This document shows positions 9,092-18,174 of a stretch of DNA of 64,000 bases, one piece after another (within the stretch, counting starts at the first letter, position 1; every line of letters begins with the position of its first letter). The notes under the pieces were generated by a model, which was not told where the DNA came from, did not search any database, and was given only the letters and a program-made list of their open reading frames with translations. Made by a program: the position numbers and the translations under genes. The stretch lies in NCBI GenBank assembly GCA_002070375.1, contig MWDD01000001.1:17425-81424 (forward strand). Direction: 5' to 3'. The stretch is from a bacterium ADurb.Bin157 (GTDB lineage: Bacteria > Muiribacteriota > Ozemobacteria > Ozemobacterales > Ozemobacteraceae).

Positions 9092-11203
9092 TTACGGGTT
9101 TACTTTCTGACAACACCTAAAGAGCTTTAGAGAGCGACTTTTCAATTTTGTGCTTTGCCCCGAGAAAACCAATTCTTCGGCATTTGGATCAAAGGTTGAT
9201 ATCATCAACTCCCAATGCGCTTCGAATTTTGGCAAAATATACACTTTATCTTCACTTGATGCGTTTAACATAAGTAAAAGATTGTCATCATGAAGCGGGA
9301 CTCCGTTCTCATCAACATCGTCTACCCCGCTTCCTGCCAAAAACATGCTTAAACTTCTGGTATTATGACTCGACCAAGCTTGATCATCCATTTCAGTACC
9401 GTCAGGCTTATACCAAATAATATCCCTGACATTGCTTCCTCTTATTAATCTGCCCTGAAAAAACTTAGTTCTGTGCAACACAGGGTGATCTCGCCTAATC
9501 TTAATTACTTTTCTAGTAAACTGAAGCATTTTTTGACTTTCTTCATCAAGGTTCCAATCAAACCAGCTTATTTCGTTATCTTGACAATATGCGTTATTGT
9601 TACCCTTTTGCGTTCTTCTTATTTCGTCACCGCCGCACAACATTGGTGTTCCCTGCGAAAACATCAAAGTCGCCAAAAAGTTACGCATTTGTCTGTTTCT
9701 TAATTCTTTGATTCCCGGATTATTGGTTTCGCCTTCGACCCCATGATTCCATGACCTATTATCGTTGGTTCCGTCGCGGTTGCTTTCAAGATTGCTTTCG
9801 TTGTGCTTATCATTATATGAAACCAGGTCTCTTAACGTAAAACCGTCGTGAGCTGTAACAAAATTAATGCTCATATATGGCCTGCGGCCATCGTTCTCAT
9901 ATAAATCGCTGCTGCCGGTAAGACGATATCCCATTTCTCCGACACAACCGCCGTCACCTTTCCAGAATGAACGCATTACATCTCTGTATTTCGCATTCCA
10001 CTCCGCCCACAGCACAGGAAAATTTCCGACTTGATAGCCGCCCTCACCTACATCCCACGGTTCCGCAATCAATTTAACTTGGCTTATTGTCGGGTCTTGG
10101 TGAATAATAGTGAAAAAACTTGAGAGCTGATTCCAGTAATGCATTTCACGAGCCAAAGTCGAGCACAAATCAAACCTGAATCCGTCTACATGCATTTCTG
10201 TCACCCAGTATCTCAGTGAATCCATTATCAATTGCAATGTCTGAGGACTTACAACATTAATTGTATTGCCTGTTCCGGTATAATCCTTGTAATACCGTTT
10301 ATTATCTTTTTGCAGCCTATAATAGGTTAAATTATCTATACCCTTATACGACATTGTCGGCCCTTCATGATTTCCTTCGCAGGTATGGTTGTAAACAACA
10401 TCCAAAATCACTTCAAGCCCGGCTTTATGCAGTTTTTTTACCATTTCTTTAAATTCACGAACCGCTCCGCCCGGAGACTTATCTGAAGCATATCTTATTT
10501 CGGGACTAAAAAATGAAAGAGTGCTGTACCCCCAATAATTCTGCAAACCTTTATCATACAAGAATGGATCGTCAATATGCTGGTGCACAGGCAAAAGCTC
10601 AACTGTAGTAACCCCAAGATCTTTAAGATACTTAATAATTTCATCAGAAGCCAGCCCTGCATAAGTTCCCCGTATTTCATTGGGTATATGCGGACAATTT
10701 TTCGTTATTCCCTTTACGTGAACTTCATAAATAACCGAACGGTGAAACGAGTGTTTTGGCTTAACGTCGCCTTCCCAATCAAAATCAGAATCAATTACTA
10801 TTGACAATGGGGTTCCGGAAGCATAGCTCATTCCCTCTTCAAGGTCTTTATTGGGACTGAAAAGATTATAAGCGTGTATACCGTCTTTGTGACTTTCTAT
10901 TCCGCTAAGAGCCTTCGCATATGGGTCCATTAACAAAACACGCGGGTTAAATCTCAACCCGGCCTCAGGCTTATACTGCCCGTATACCCTGTATGCATAC
11001 ATTTGCCCGGGCTTAAGACCGGCAATATAAATATGCCATACAAATGCAGTTCTGTGGCGCAAAGGAATTCTTACCTCTGCCCGTTGATCATCAAAAAGAC
11101 ATAAATCTACTCCCTGAGCATGTTCACTGTATAAAGCAAAATTTACACCCTTGCCGTCATAGCTCGCGCCAAGCGGATAAGGAGTTCCGGGTTTAACCTG
11201 CAT
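9092..11203 (-). CDS. glgX: glycogen debranching enzyme GlgX (isoamylase, GH13)
   Basis: 703 aa. N-terminal [25 protein letters not shown] catalytic motif, EPWD, NHD. Confidence 0.9.
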   Translation of the reverse strand: MQVKPGTPYPLGASYDGKGVNFALYSEHAQGVDLCLFDDQRAEVRIPLRHRTAFVWHIYIAGLKPGQMYAYRVYGQYKPEAGLRFNPRVLLMDPYAKALSGIESHKDGIHAYNLFSPNKDLEEGMSYASGTPLSIVIDSDFDWEGDVKPKHSFHRSVIYEVHVKGITKNCPHIPNEIRGTYAGLASDEIIKYLKDLGVTTVELLPVHQHIDDPFLYDKGLQNYWGYSTLSFFSPEIRYASDKSPGGAVREFKEMVKKLHKAGLEVILDVVYNHTCEGNHEGPTMSYKGIDNLTYYRLQKDNKRYYKDYTGTGNTINVVSPQTLQLIMDSLRYWVTEMHVDGFRFDLCSTLAREMHYWNQLSSFFTIIHQDPTISQVKLIAEPWDVGEGGYQVGNFPVLWAEWNAKYRDVMRSFWKGDGGCVGEMGYRLTGSSDLYENDGRRPYMSINFVTAHDGFTLRDLVSYNDKHNESNLESNRDGTNDNRSWNHGVEGETNNPGIKELRNRQMRNFLATLMFSQGTPMLCGGDEIRRTQKGNNNAYCQDNEISWFDWNLDEESQKMLQFTRKVIKIRRDHPVLHRTKFFQGRLIRGSNVRDIIWYKPDGTEMDDQAWSSHNTRSLSMFLAGSGVDDVDENGVPLHDDNLLLMLNASSEDKVYILPKFEAHWELMISTFDPNAEELVFSGQSTKLKSRSLKLFRCCQKVNP

Positions 11204-11217
11204 ATTATCTCTTTTCT

Positions 11218-11496
11218 TTATTTTCGCTCTAAAATTTCAATCAAATGAAAACCAAACTGCGTCTTTATAGGCCCATAAACTTCATTTAAGTTCCCGCTAA
11301 AAACGACTTTATCAAATTCTTTTACCATCATACCGGGCCTAAATTCACCCAAGTCGCCGCCCTTTTTTCCGGAAGGACATTGCGAATGTTTTTCTGCCAA
11401 TGCCGCAAAATCTGCTCCGGCGTTAACCTGTTCAAGCAAATCTAGGCAGTCCTTTTTTTCTTTAACGAGTATGTGTCTCGCGCGTGCTGTTGTCAT
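11218..11496 (-). CDS. ppiC: parvulin-type peptidyl-prolyl cis-trans isomerase (PpiC-like)
   Basis: 92 aa. ARHILVK...[13 protein letters not shown]...GFHLIE parvulin signature. Confidence 0.8.
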   Translation of the reverse strand: MTTARARHILVKEKKDCLDLLEQVNAGADFAALAEKHSQCPSGKKGGDLGEFRPGMMVKEFDKVVFSGNLNEVYGPIKTQFGFHLIEILERK

Positions 11497-11516
11497 ATTT
11501 ATTACCTCAGTTATAT

Positions 11517-12293
11517 TTATTTTTGTGCTACGGCCAAAATTGAATCGGATAATTCATTATTAAACGGAGTTCCGTTTAGTCCAAAAATATGTATTTCTTT
11601 GAATCCCGCTTTGTTCAGTAATCTTACAATCTGATCAGACGTGTATATCTGCATTTGCCAGTTTTCAGACCATTTTTCAGGTTTATGTGTTCCATCTTGA
11701 GAGCAAATCAAAGAAGATATCTCTATTTGCTTTTTTCTTTTATTAAGCGTGCAATTACGAACATGGCTTATCAAATGATCTTTAATTATCACTTCTTTGC
11801 TCATATGTGCATACTCTTCAAAAATTGAAGTTTTCATGGCCTCGTAGTTAAGTATGTCAAATACAAGCAACCCGCCGGCATTCAAATTATTTTTTGCATT
11901 TAACAAAAACTTTAAAAATGCCGCCCTGTTAAGGTGACCAATCGCATTAAACATACATATCGCAGCGTCGAATGTTCCATATTTTTCACGGCACATATCA
12001 CCGCAGCAAAAGGTTATGTTTTTTAATCTTTTTGACTTTTTTTGAGCAACTTTAACCATCTCGGGATTTAAATCGCTCGCAGTTAGTTTAAAACCGGCTT
12101 TCGCCAAACCTATTGTTTGCGCACCGGTTCCGCAAGCGAAATCTACAACCGTTTGAACACCATTGATGCCAAACAAATCAACCAAAAAAGAATTTGTGTT
12201 TTTCGATTCCGAAAACCCGGCCAGTTCAAAAAAATCGTAGTATTCTGCGTATCTTGTGTAATCAGGCTGATTCAACATGCTTATAAAACACAA
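11517..12293 (-). CDS. class I SAM-dependent methyltransferase
   Basis: 258 aa. [15 protein letters not shown]-binding motif I. Abuts the upstream esterase gene with no gap. Confidence 0.75.
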   Translation of the reverse strand: MCFISMLNQPDYTRYAEYYDFFELAGFSESKNTNSFLVDLFGINGVQTVVDFACGTGAQTIGLAKAGFKLTASDLNPEMVKVAQKKSKRLKNITFCCGDMCREKYGTFDAAICMFNAIGHLNRAAFLKFLLNAKNNLNAGGLLVFDILNYEAMKTSIFEEYAHMSKEVIIKDHLISHVRNCTLNKRKKQIEISSLICSQDGTHKPEKWSENWQMQIYTSDQIVRLLNKAGFKEIHIFGLNGTPFNNELSDSILAVAQK

Positions 12294-13022
12294 TCACAAT
12301 ATGTGCGGCAAAAAATATCTCATCATAATTTTCCACCACGGCCAGTCGTGATCAACATCAAAACCCCACAAATCAACCCAAGCAGGAATATTCTTCTGCT
12401 CAAAGATTTCTTTTATCTTTTTAGTGTCTTCGGGGTATTCCCAGGGGCCTTGCCCTGTGCAGACAATAATTTTGGTTCTTCTGATATGGTCAAGAAAACA
12501 ATTGTCGGTCAGACCGGGCAAATAGTCCAATGGAGAATTATAATATACATTGTTATCCCAATAATCGCCAACAATGCGCTTGAGGGTATAAACTCCACCC
12601 AATGCTATACAGGCATCAAAAATGTCGGGATGACGCAAAAGAAAATTGACTGAGTGATAAGCCCCCATACTATTACCTGTTAAAGCTATTTTTACATCGC
12701 TTTTGCAGTTATTTCTAATAAAAGGCACCACTTCATTTATAACATAAGAATTGTATGCTTCGTGTCTGAATACATTATCGCCCATGTTTCCGTCTTTTTT
12801 TAAAAAAGATTCGTTATCAAGACTGTCTATACAAAATATTTTAACTTTTCCGGCCTCGACTTGATCTTTAACAACATCAAGCATGCCAAAGTCTTCAAAT
12901 TCATTTACAGAGCCCCCGGCACAAGGGAAAACCAATAAAGGTCTCCCGTAATGCCCATAAAGTTTTAAACGCATTTCATGACCGATCGCGGGGCTGTGCC
13001 AAGAATGATACTCAGTATACAT
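12294..13022 (-). CDS. putative esterase (alpha/beta hydrolase, PF00756-like)
   Basis: 242 aa. GNSMGAY nucleophile elbow (GxSxG). Paralogous to the catalytic domain of the CBM20-esterase at 45985. Confidence 0.65.
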   Translation of the reverse strand: MYTEYHSWHSPAIGHEMRLKLYGHYGRPLLVFPCAGGSVNEFEDFGMLDVVKDQVEAGKVKIFCIDSLDNESFLKKDGNMGDNVFRHEAYNSYVINEVVPFIRNNCKSDVKIALTGNSMGAYHSVNFLLRHPDIFDACIALGGVYTLKRIVGDYWDNNVYYNSPLDYLPGLTDNCFLDHIRRTKIIVCTGQGPWEYPEDTKKIKEIFEQKNIPAWVDLWGFDVDHDWPWWKIMMRYFLPHIL

Positions 13023-13115
13023 CGATTATTCTCCGATTATTTTGATTCAGGTAAAGATTATACCATAACTTGTAGGTCTTCAAGAAATTTTATGGCAAAC
13101 TGCCTACCAAATTCG

Positions 13116-14489
13116 TTAATCCTTATTTTCTTGTTCATCCTTATTTTCTTGATCTTCCTCTTTATTTAAGTCGTTTTTCTTTTTGACGCTCATCTTGAAA
13201 CCAAGGGTAAGAAAAACAAAAGATACAATAATAAACAAAAATGCCAACATTGTCTTACTTATGCTTCTTTTTAAATAAATTACACCGTCACAAATCATTA
13301 TCACAACGTCATAAACGCTGTTAAAAAGGACCTTAAACAGCTTAGCGGCGGCCTCAATAATTTTAACGAAAAACATGTATATTTTTTCAAACCAAAGAGC
13401 CGCAGATTCAAGAATTTTTTCGATAGTCTGAACTAAAGAACCCCCAACATCTTTAACATCTTTAACAAAAAGCTCTAAGCTACCCGATATAAGATTGCCA
13501 AAACTTAAAACAACCGAGATTCCAAATACAGTCAAACCCACCTTATTTTTGCGAGTAAACCAAATCGCAGATGATAAAACAAATAAAAACACAGAATTGA
13601 TGAACTGGGCGCTAAAAGACACATGAGGTCTGAAAAATATTATTAAAAATGAAGTAATAAGAACTGTGTTATCAATTTTTTCCTCATATTTCTCAAACAA
13701 ATCGATCCACATGCTTTTACAAAAATACACACTGCACAGCACCCAAGGCAAGACAACTGTTTCTACAGGCACCTCAGGCATCATAATTCTATAAGAATCC
13801 ATTACATTCAGAAAAATTTGTATCGGCAAAAGAAAAAATACAAAAATCATGCCCCAACGCCATATTCGGGTTTCATCACCTAAATAGGGATTGTTTATTG
13901 TCTCATGAATCTCGGCTTTGCCCCAATTCTCAACAATGAACGGAACTTGTATCAACGCTGCAGCAAGCCAAATATAATAAATTATAGGTATTTCATACAC
14001 ATACTTAAAGTTTATTGAATCAAGAATTAAATAGGTTAGCTTTGGGGAAATCCATACCAATAAAAATGAAGATAACAAAAAAAGAATTCTGCTCTTATAA
14101 ACCTTAAGATTTAACACTTTAATTACCGCCACAAACTTAATAAGCGCAAGCAGAATATACAGTAAAGTAGCACCCCAACCGATTAAAGTACTTAATGAAG
14201 AAATTCTTACCTGATAAAAGGTTATATCACCCATTAAAATAAGTCCAAAAGCAAGCAGCATTTTGCCATGTTCATTCTGAATCTTGTTTTTCAACAGGTA
14301 AATTGCCATGCCAACAACAATTAGTTCATAAACATTTTGTATGGCAAATATACTTAAAATAGCACTGACAGAAACTTCGGACGGATTATCAATGGTCGTG
14401 CCCGCCAAATATAACCCTAATAGCATAAAAAGAACGCTGATCAGATATAATGGATTGTTTTTTTCTAACCACTCTTGTAATGTTTTCAT
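13116..14489 (-). CDS. polytopic membrane protein, unknown function, acidic repetitive C-terminus
   Basis: 457 aa, about 10 hydrophobic segments. C-terminal KEEDQENKDEQENKD repeat is encoded by the direct DNA repeat tccttattttcttg x2 at 13120-13160. Confidence 0.5.
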   Translation of the reverse strand: MKTLQEWLEKNNPLYLISVLFMLLGLYLAGTTIDNPSEVSVSAILSIFAIQNVYELIVVGMAIYLLKNKIQNEHGKMLLAFGLILMGDITFYQVRISSLSTLIGWGATLLYILLALIKFVAVIKVLNLKVYKSRILFLLSSFLLVWISPKLTYLILDSINFKYVYEIPIIYYIWLAAALIQVPFIVENWGKAEIHETINNPYLGDETRIWRWGMIFVFFLLPIQIFLNVMDSYRIMMPEVPVETVVLPWVLCSVYFCKSMWIDLFEKYEEKIDNTVLITSFLIIFFRPHVSFSAQFINSVFLFVLSSAIWFTRKNKVGLTVFGISVVLSFGNLISGSLELFVKDVKDVGGSLVQTIEKILESAALWFEKIYMFFVKIIEAAAKLFKVLFNSVYDVVIMICDGVIYLKRSISKTMLAFLFIIVSFVFLTLGFKMSVKKKNDLNKEEDQENKDEQENKD

Positions 14490-14634
14490 AATAATCTCCG
14501 CAAAAAAAATAATAAAAATAATGTATTATTATGAATCGCAATTATCTTGCCAAAAACCATATTAGCACCCAAACCCCGAAATAGTCTGCAAAAATTCATT
14601 TTAAGCGCGACTAATCTGTCTTAACGCGACAACA

Positions 14635-16515
14635 TTAGCGCAATGAAGACAAAAAGAGCTTAATTCTTGACACTATTCCATTGGTATCCAAGCCGACTAA
14701 TTTATTCAGTTCGCTTACTGAGGCGTGCTCGATAAAATTGTCAGGAATGCCGATTCGACAAACAGGAATATTTGCCCCAAAGTCTGCAATCTTTTCTGAA
14801 ACCATGCTGCCAAAACCACCCGCCAATACGTTATCTTCAACAGTAATAACCGGCATAGAATCATTGATTACATTTTTTAATTCGTTATCATCAAACGGTT
14901 TTACAAATCTTGGGTTTATGAGCTTTACGGAAATTCCTTCGTCAAAGAGAATTTTTGCCGCCTCAAAACTGTTTTTAATTGTATTACCCAATGCAAAAAC
15001 GGCTACATCTTTACCGTCAATTAATACTTCCGACTTGCCCTTAAATAAGGGTGAGTGATCTTTTTGATCTGTTATTTTCTCAAACACTTTACCTCTCGGA
15101 TACCTTATAATCACCGGCGAAAGGCTCTCGGAGGCATACTCAAGCATATCACGAAACTCTGACTCATCGCCGGGAGCAAGAATTTCAATTCCGGGTATTG
15201 TTCTAAAAACAGAAACATCAAAAACGCCATGGTGAGTTGAGCCGTCTTCCCCTACTAAACCGGCTCTGTCAAGACAAAATACAACCGGCAAATTCATAAG
15301 TGCGACATCATGAAAAACCTGATCATACGCCCGTTGCATAAAAGTGGAATATATTGCGACAAAAGGCTTCAATCCGGATTTTGCCATTCCGCCGGCCATT
15401 GTAACCGCATGTTGTTCAGCTATTCCGACATCAAAGAATCTGTTCGGGAATTCTTTTCCAAATGCTGTTAGGCCTGTCCCTTCTTCCATGGCAGCCGTAA
15501 TTGCAACTATCTTTTTATTTTTTCGGGCCATTTCGCAGATTTTATCGCCAAATACAGATGTAAAAGTTTTTTTGTTAAGTTCATCGGAACAGATTACATT
15601 GCCCGTGTCAATTTCAAATGGGCCGACTCCGTGGAATTTATTAGAGTGGCACTCTGCCGGTTCGTATCCTTTTCCTTTTTGAGTAAGCACATGAACTATA
15701 GCCGGGCCGTTTCGATCTTTGGCTCTTTGAAGAGCTCTTTCCAAAACATCAAAATCATAGCCGTTTACAGGGCCAAAGTATTTAAAGCCCAATTCTTCGA
15801 AAAGCATACCGGGCGTAAGTAAATACTTAAAGCTTCCTTCTATTCGGCTCAATATATTATATAAACGGGTTCCAAAACCGGGAATTTGCTTAAGAACGTA
15901 AGCTAAATAATCCTTGGGGGTTGTAAACGCCGGCTCTAAGCGCAGCCGGTGCAAATACATGGCAACAGCACCGACATTTGCCGAAATCGACATCTCATTG
16001 TCATTTAATATTACAACTAAATTGCTCTTTTTATGACCGGCGTAATTTAGCGCTTCAAAGGCCATTCCCCCGGTTAAAGCCCCATCTCCTATGACTGCAA
16101 CGGTTTTTCCGGGCAAATTTAATGTCTCACGGGCAATTTGAATGCCTTGTGCCGCTGAAATTGAAGTTGAACTATGCCCCGTATTAAAAACGTCAAATTT
16201 ACTTTCCGATATCTTGGGAAACCCGCTTATGCCGTCTTTTTTTCTTAAAGTATCAAATACTGCATTGCGACCGGTAATTATTTTATGAGTATAAGACTGA
16301 TGACCTACGTCCCAGACTATATTGTCGGTAGGAGCATGAAAAACACGATGTATTGCGAGAGTTAACTCAATAACACCAAGATTACTGGCTAAATGGCCAC
16401 CGTTTTTAGAAACCACATCAATAATTCTCTTACGAATTTCATCGCTTAAAATTTTAAGCTCTTCGAGAGAAAGATTTTTTAAATCATGTGGTGAATTTAT
16501 ATTTTCGAGTAACAT
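14635..16515 (-). CDS. dxs: 1-deoxy-D-xylulose-5-phosphate synthase
   Basis: 626 aa. GGHLASNLGVIELT...DVGHQSY, GDGALTGGMAFEALN (TPP motif), full-length match to DXS architecture. Confidence 0.9.
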   Translation of the reverse strand: MLLENINSPHDLKNLSLEELKILSDEIRKRIIDVVSKNGGHLASNLGVIELTLAIHRVFHAPTDNIVWDVGHQSYTHKIITGRNAVFDTLRKKDGISGFPKISESKFDVFNTGHSSTSISAAQGIQIARETLNLPGKTVAVIGDGALTGGMAFEALNYAGHKKSNLVVILNDNEMSISANVGAVAMYLHRLRLEPAFTTPKDYLAYVLKQIPGFGTRLYNILSRIEGSFKYLLTPGMLFEELGFKYFGPVNGYDFDVLERALQRAKDRNGPAIVHVLTQKGKGYEPAECHSNKFHGVGPFEIDTGNVICSDELNKKTFTSVFGDKICEMARKNKKIVAITAAMEEGTGLTAFGKEFPNRFFDVGIAEQHAVTMAGGMAKSGLKPFVAIYSTFMQRAYDQVFHDVALMNLPVVFCLDRAGLVGEDGSTHHGVFDVSVFRTIPGIEILAPGDESEFRDMLEYASESLSPVIIRYPRGKVFEKITDQKDHSPLFKGKSEVLIDGKDVAVFALGNTIKNSFEAAKILFDEGISVKLINPRFVKPFDDNELKNVINDSMPVITVEDNVLAGGFGSMVSEKIADFGANIPVCRIGIPDNFIEHASVSELNKLVGLDTNGIVSRIKLFLSSLR

Positions 16516-16550
16516 GGTAGGCTAGGATTATATCACATAAAAAATTAAAA

Positions 16551-17741
16551 TCAAATTTTTGATGGGTCTTTTTCAAGATACTTATCGGCTGTAAAATCAA
16601 TCAAAAAAGCCCCTATCGGCGCCGTAACAACTATTGAAAGCACCGCCATCGCTAACACAGAGCTCCCGCATCGCAAACCCATTGCCGACGGAACACCTCC
16701 TATCGCTGCTTGTACTGTAGCCTTTGGAATCTCCGCAAACATACAAAATATTTTCTCTTTAAGGTTTAAGGGAGTTTTCACAAGACACAAAAACATGCCA
16801 AATAGTCTGAATATCAAACCAATCATCAACAGTAAAAGCATCATAAATCCCGAAGCAATAATCTGCTTAAAATCGACAAACGCACCAACAAGAACAAACA
16901 AAAGTATTTCTGCAAACACCCACATTTTACCGAATTTTAAAGAGATGCGCCCCGCTAAAACGGGGTAAAATTCGTATATTGCTATCGCCAAACCCATTAC
17001 AGCCAATAAACCTGACATCGGCAAGGATCCTTCGAGCGCTGACTCCAGAGTAACCATAAAAAAAGACAACGAAAGAATAATAACTACTTTTACAGTATCT
17101 CGCATATGAAAAGCTTTAAAAAACCTTACCAAAGTATAACCTAGAATAATTCCAAGAATAATACCCGTAACTATCGAAACCGGAATTTTAGACAAACTAC
17201 CGAGTCCGAATTCACCGCCGCTTGCCAGAGAGAGCATAGAAGTAAAAACCACTATAACAAAAACATCGTCGGCAGATGAGCCCGCTATAAGCATTTGAGG
17301 AATTCTGCGATTTGTGCCGCGACCCTCTTCAATAAGACGTGTCATTTTAGGAATTACGACCGCCGGCGAAACAGCAGCAATTACAGCACCCATTATGCCT
17401 GCCTCTATAAGGTTTATCCCTAATAAATAAGGAGCAAAAATCAGGTAAGAAGCAATCTCAAACAAAGCCGGCAAAAAGCTCATTAAAATGGCAGGACGAC
17501 CAACTTTTTTCAAATCTTGTATATCAAGCGAAAGACCCGCTTTGGTAAGAATGATGATTAAGGCAATTTTACGTAAATCATCAGAAATAAGCAGAATATT
17601 CACATCTAATAAGTTCAAAACATGAGGTCCTAATAAACCACCGCTTAAAAGCATACCGATTATATACGGTAACCCGATTCTTGAAAGCAAATACCCTGCA
17701 ATTAAACCGCTAATCATTATCAAAGCAACGCTCAAAAGCAT
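16551..17741 (-). CDS. cation:proton antiporter (CPA1/NhaP-type Na+/H+ exchanger)
   Basis: 396 aa, 11-12 TM helices, Kef/NhaP-like N-terminus. AAGGAG ribosome-binding site. Immediately downstream of the fluoride riboswitch. Confidence 0.7.
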   Translation of the reverse strand: MLLSVALIMISGLIAGYLLSRIGLPYIIGMLLSGGLLGPHVLNLLDVNILLISDDLRKIALIIILTKAGLSLDIQDLKKVGRPAILMSFLPALFEIASYLIFAPYLLGINLIEAGIMGAVIAAVSPAVVIPKMTRLIEEGRGTNRRIPQMLIAGSSADDVFVIVVFTSMLSLASGGEFGLGSLSKIPVSIVTGIILGIILGYTLVRFFKAFHMRDTVKVVIILSLSFFMVTLESALEGSLPMSGLLAVMGLAIAIYEFYPVLAGRISLKFGKMWVFAEILLFVLVGAFVDFKQIIASGFMMLLLLMIGLIFRLFGMFLCLVKTPLNLKEKIFCMFAEIPKATVQAAIGGVPSAMGLRCGSSVLAMAVLSIVVTAPIGAFLIDFTADKYLEKDPSKI

Positions 17742-17761
17742 ATAAGCTCCTTATCTATTGC

Positions 17762-17852
17762 TAAAAAAAACTGATGACTTCTGCATAATACAGAAGTCAT
17801 CAGCTGTTATTAGCGGTTTAGGCAAGCCAAGGGAGCACTTCATTCCCTTAAA
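17762..17852 (-). promoter_or_regulatory. fluoride riboswitch (crcB RNA motif) with expression-platform intrinsic terminator
   Basis: Minus-strand RNA reads AAGGGAAUGAAGUGCUCCCUUGGCUUGCCUAAACCGCUAAUAACAGCUGAUGACUUCUG. P1 stem GGGA/UCCC; loop GAAGU is complementary to the 3' ACUUC (pseudoknot); AAACCGC junction; small P3 stem; conserved CUGAUGAcuUCU tail. The tail forms the 5' arm of a perfect 13-bp hairpin (CUGAUGACUUCUG/CAGAAGUCAUCAG) followed by U8. Confidence 0.7.
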
Positions 17853-18054
17853 GTGAGACTATCATAACCGCATAAACAAGTCAATTTTTTTACCTGAAAC
17901 GAAATTTTTAAAGAAAACAAAAATAACAATAGAAATATAAATGAAACACAACAAAATGGTATAAAATATAACAAAGCAAAATGAAAAAAATCAAATGAGA
18001 GAAAATCCTCAAAAGCAAAGGATACAAAATTAAATAAAAAACCCATTAAAAAGT

Positions 18055-18072
18055 TTGTGAAAAATTTCACTT
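18055..18072 (+). promoter_or_regulatory. Rex-like operator 1 upstream of adhE (TTGTGAA-AAAT-TTCACTT)
   Basis: 16 of 18 match to TTGTGAAnnnnTTCACAA, about 105 nt upstream of the adhE ATG. Confidence 0.5.
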
Positions 18073-18087
18073 GCATTGTTAAAAAGT

Positions 18088-18105
18088 TTGTGATATATTT
18101 CACAT
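18088..18105 (+). promoter_or_regulatory. Rex-like operator 2 upstream of adhE (TTGTGAT-ATAT-TTCACAT)
   Basis: Near-consensus palindrome 7 nt upstream of a TATAAA -10-like hexamer at 18113-18118. Confidence 0.5.
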
Positions 18106-18174
18106 AATTAAGTATAAATGTTTTAAATTTTTTGTTTTGCTTCCACATATCTGAACTTCAGAAAGGATCATAAA

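Noticed and set aside
12117-12653. 178-aa plus-strand ORF
   Set aside because: It is antisense to the methyltransferase/esterase genes and has no ribosome-binding site or domain features.
14540-14634. CGCGAC direct repeats / imperfect hairpin downstream of dxs
   Set aside because: The hairpin needs a 3-nt bulge and lacks a clean U-tract, so it is not convincing as a terminator or regulatory site.
17840-18148. 102-aa F/L-rich ORF on the minus strand between the riboswitch and adhE
   Set aside because: It lies entirely in an A-rich spacer and its translation is low-complexity (poly-Phe/Leu). The region is better explained as the adhE promoter with Rex boxes plus the riboswitch leader.
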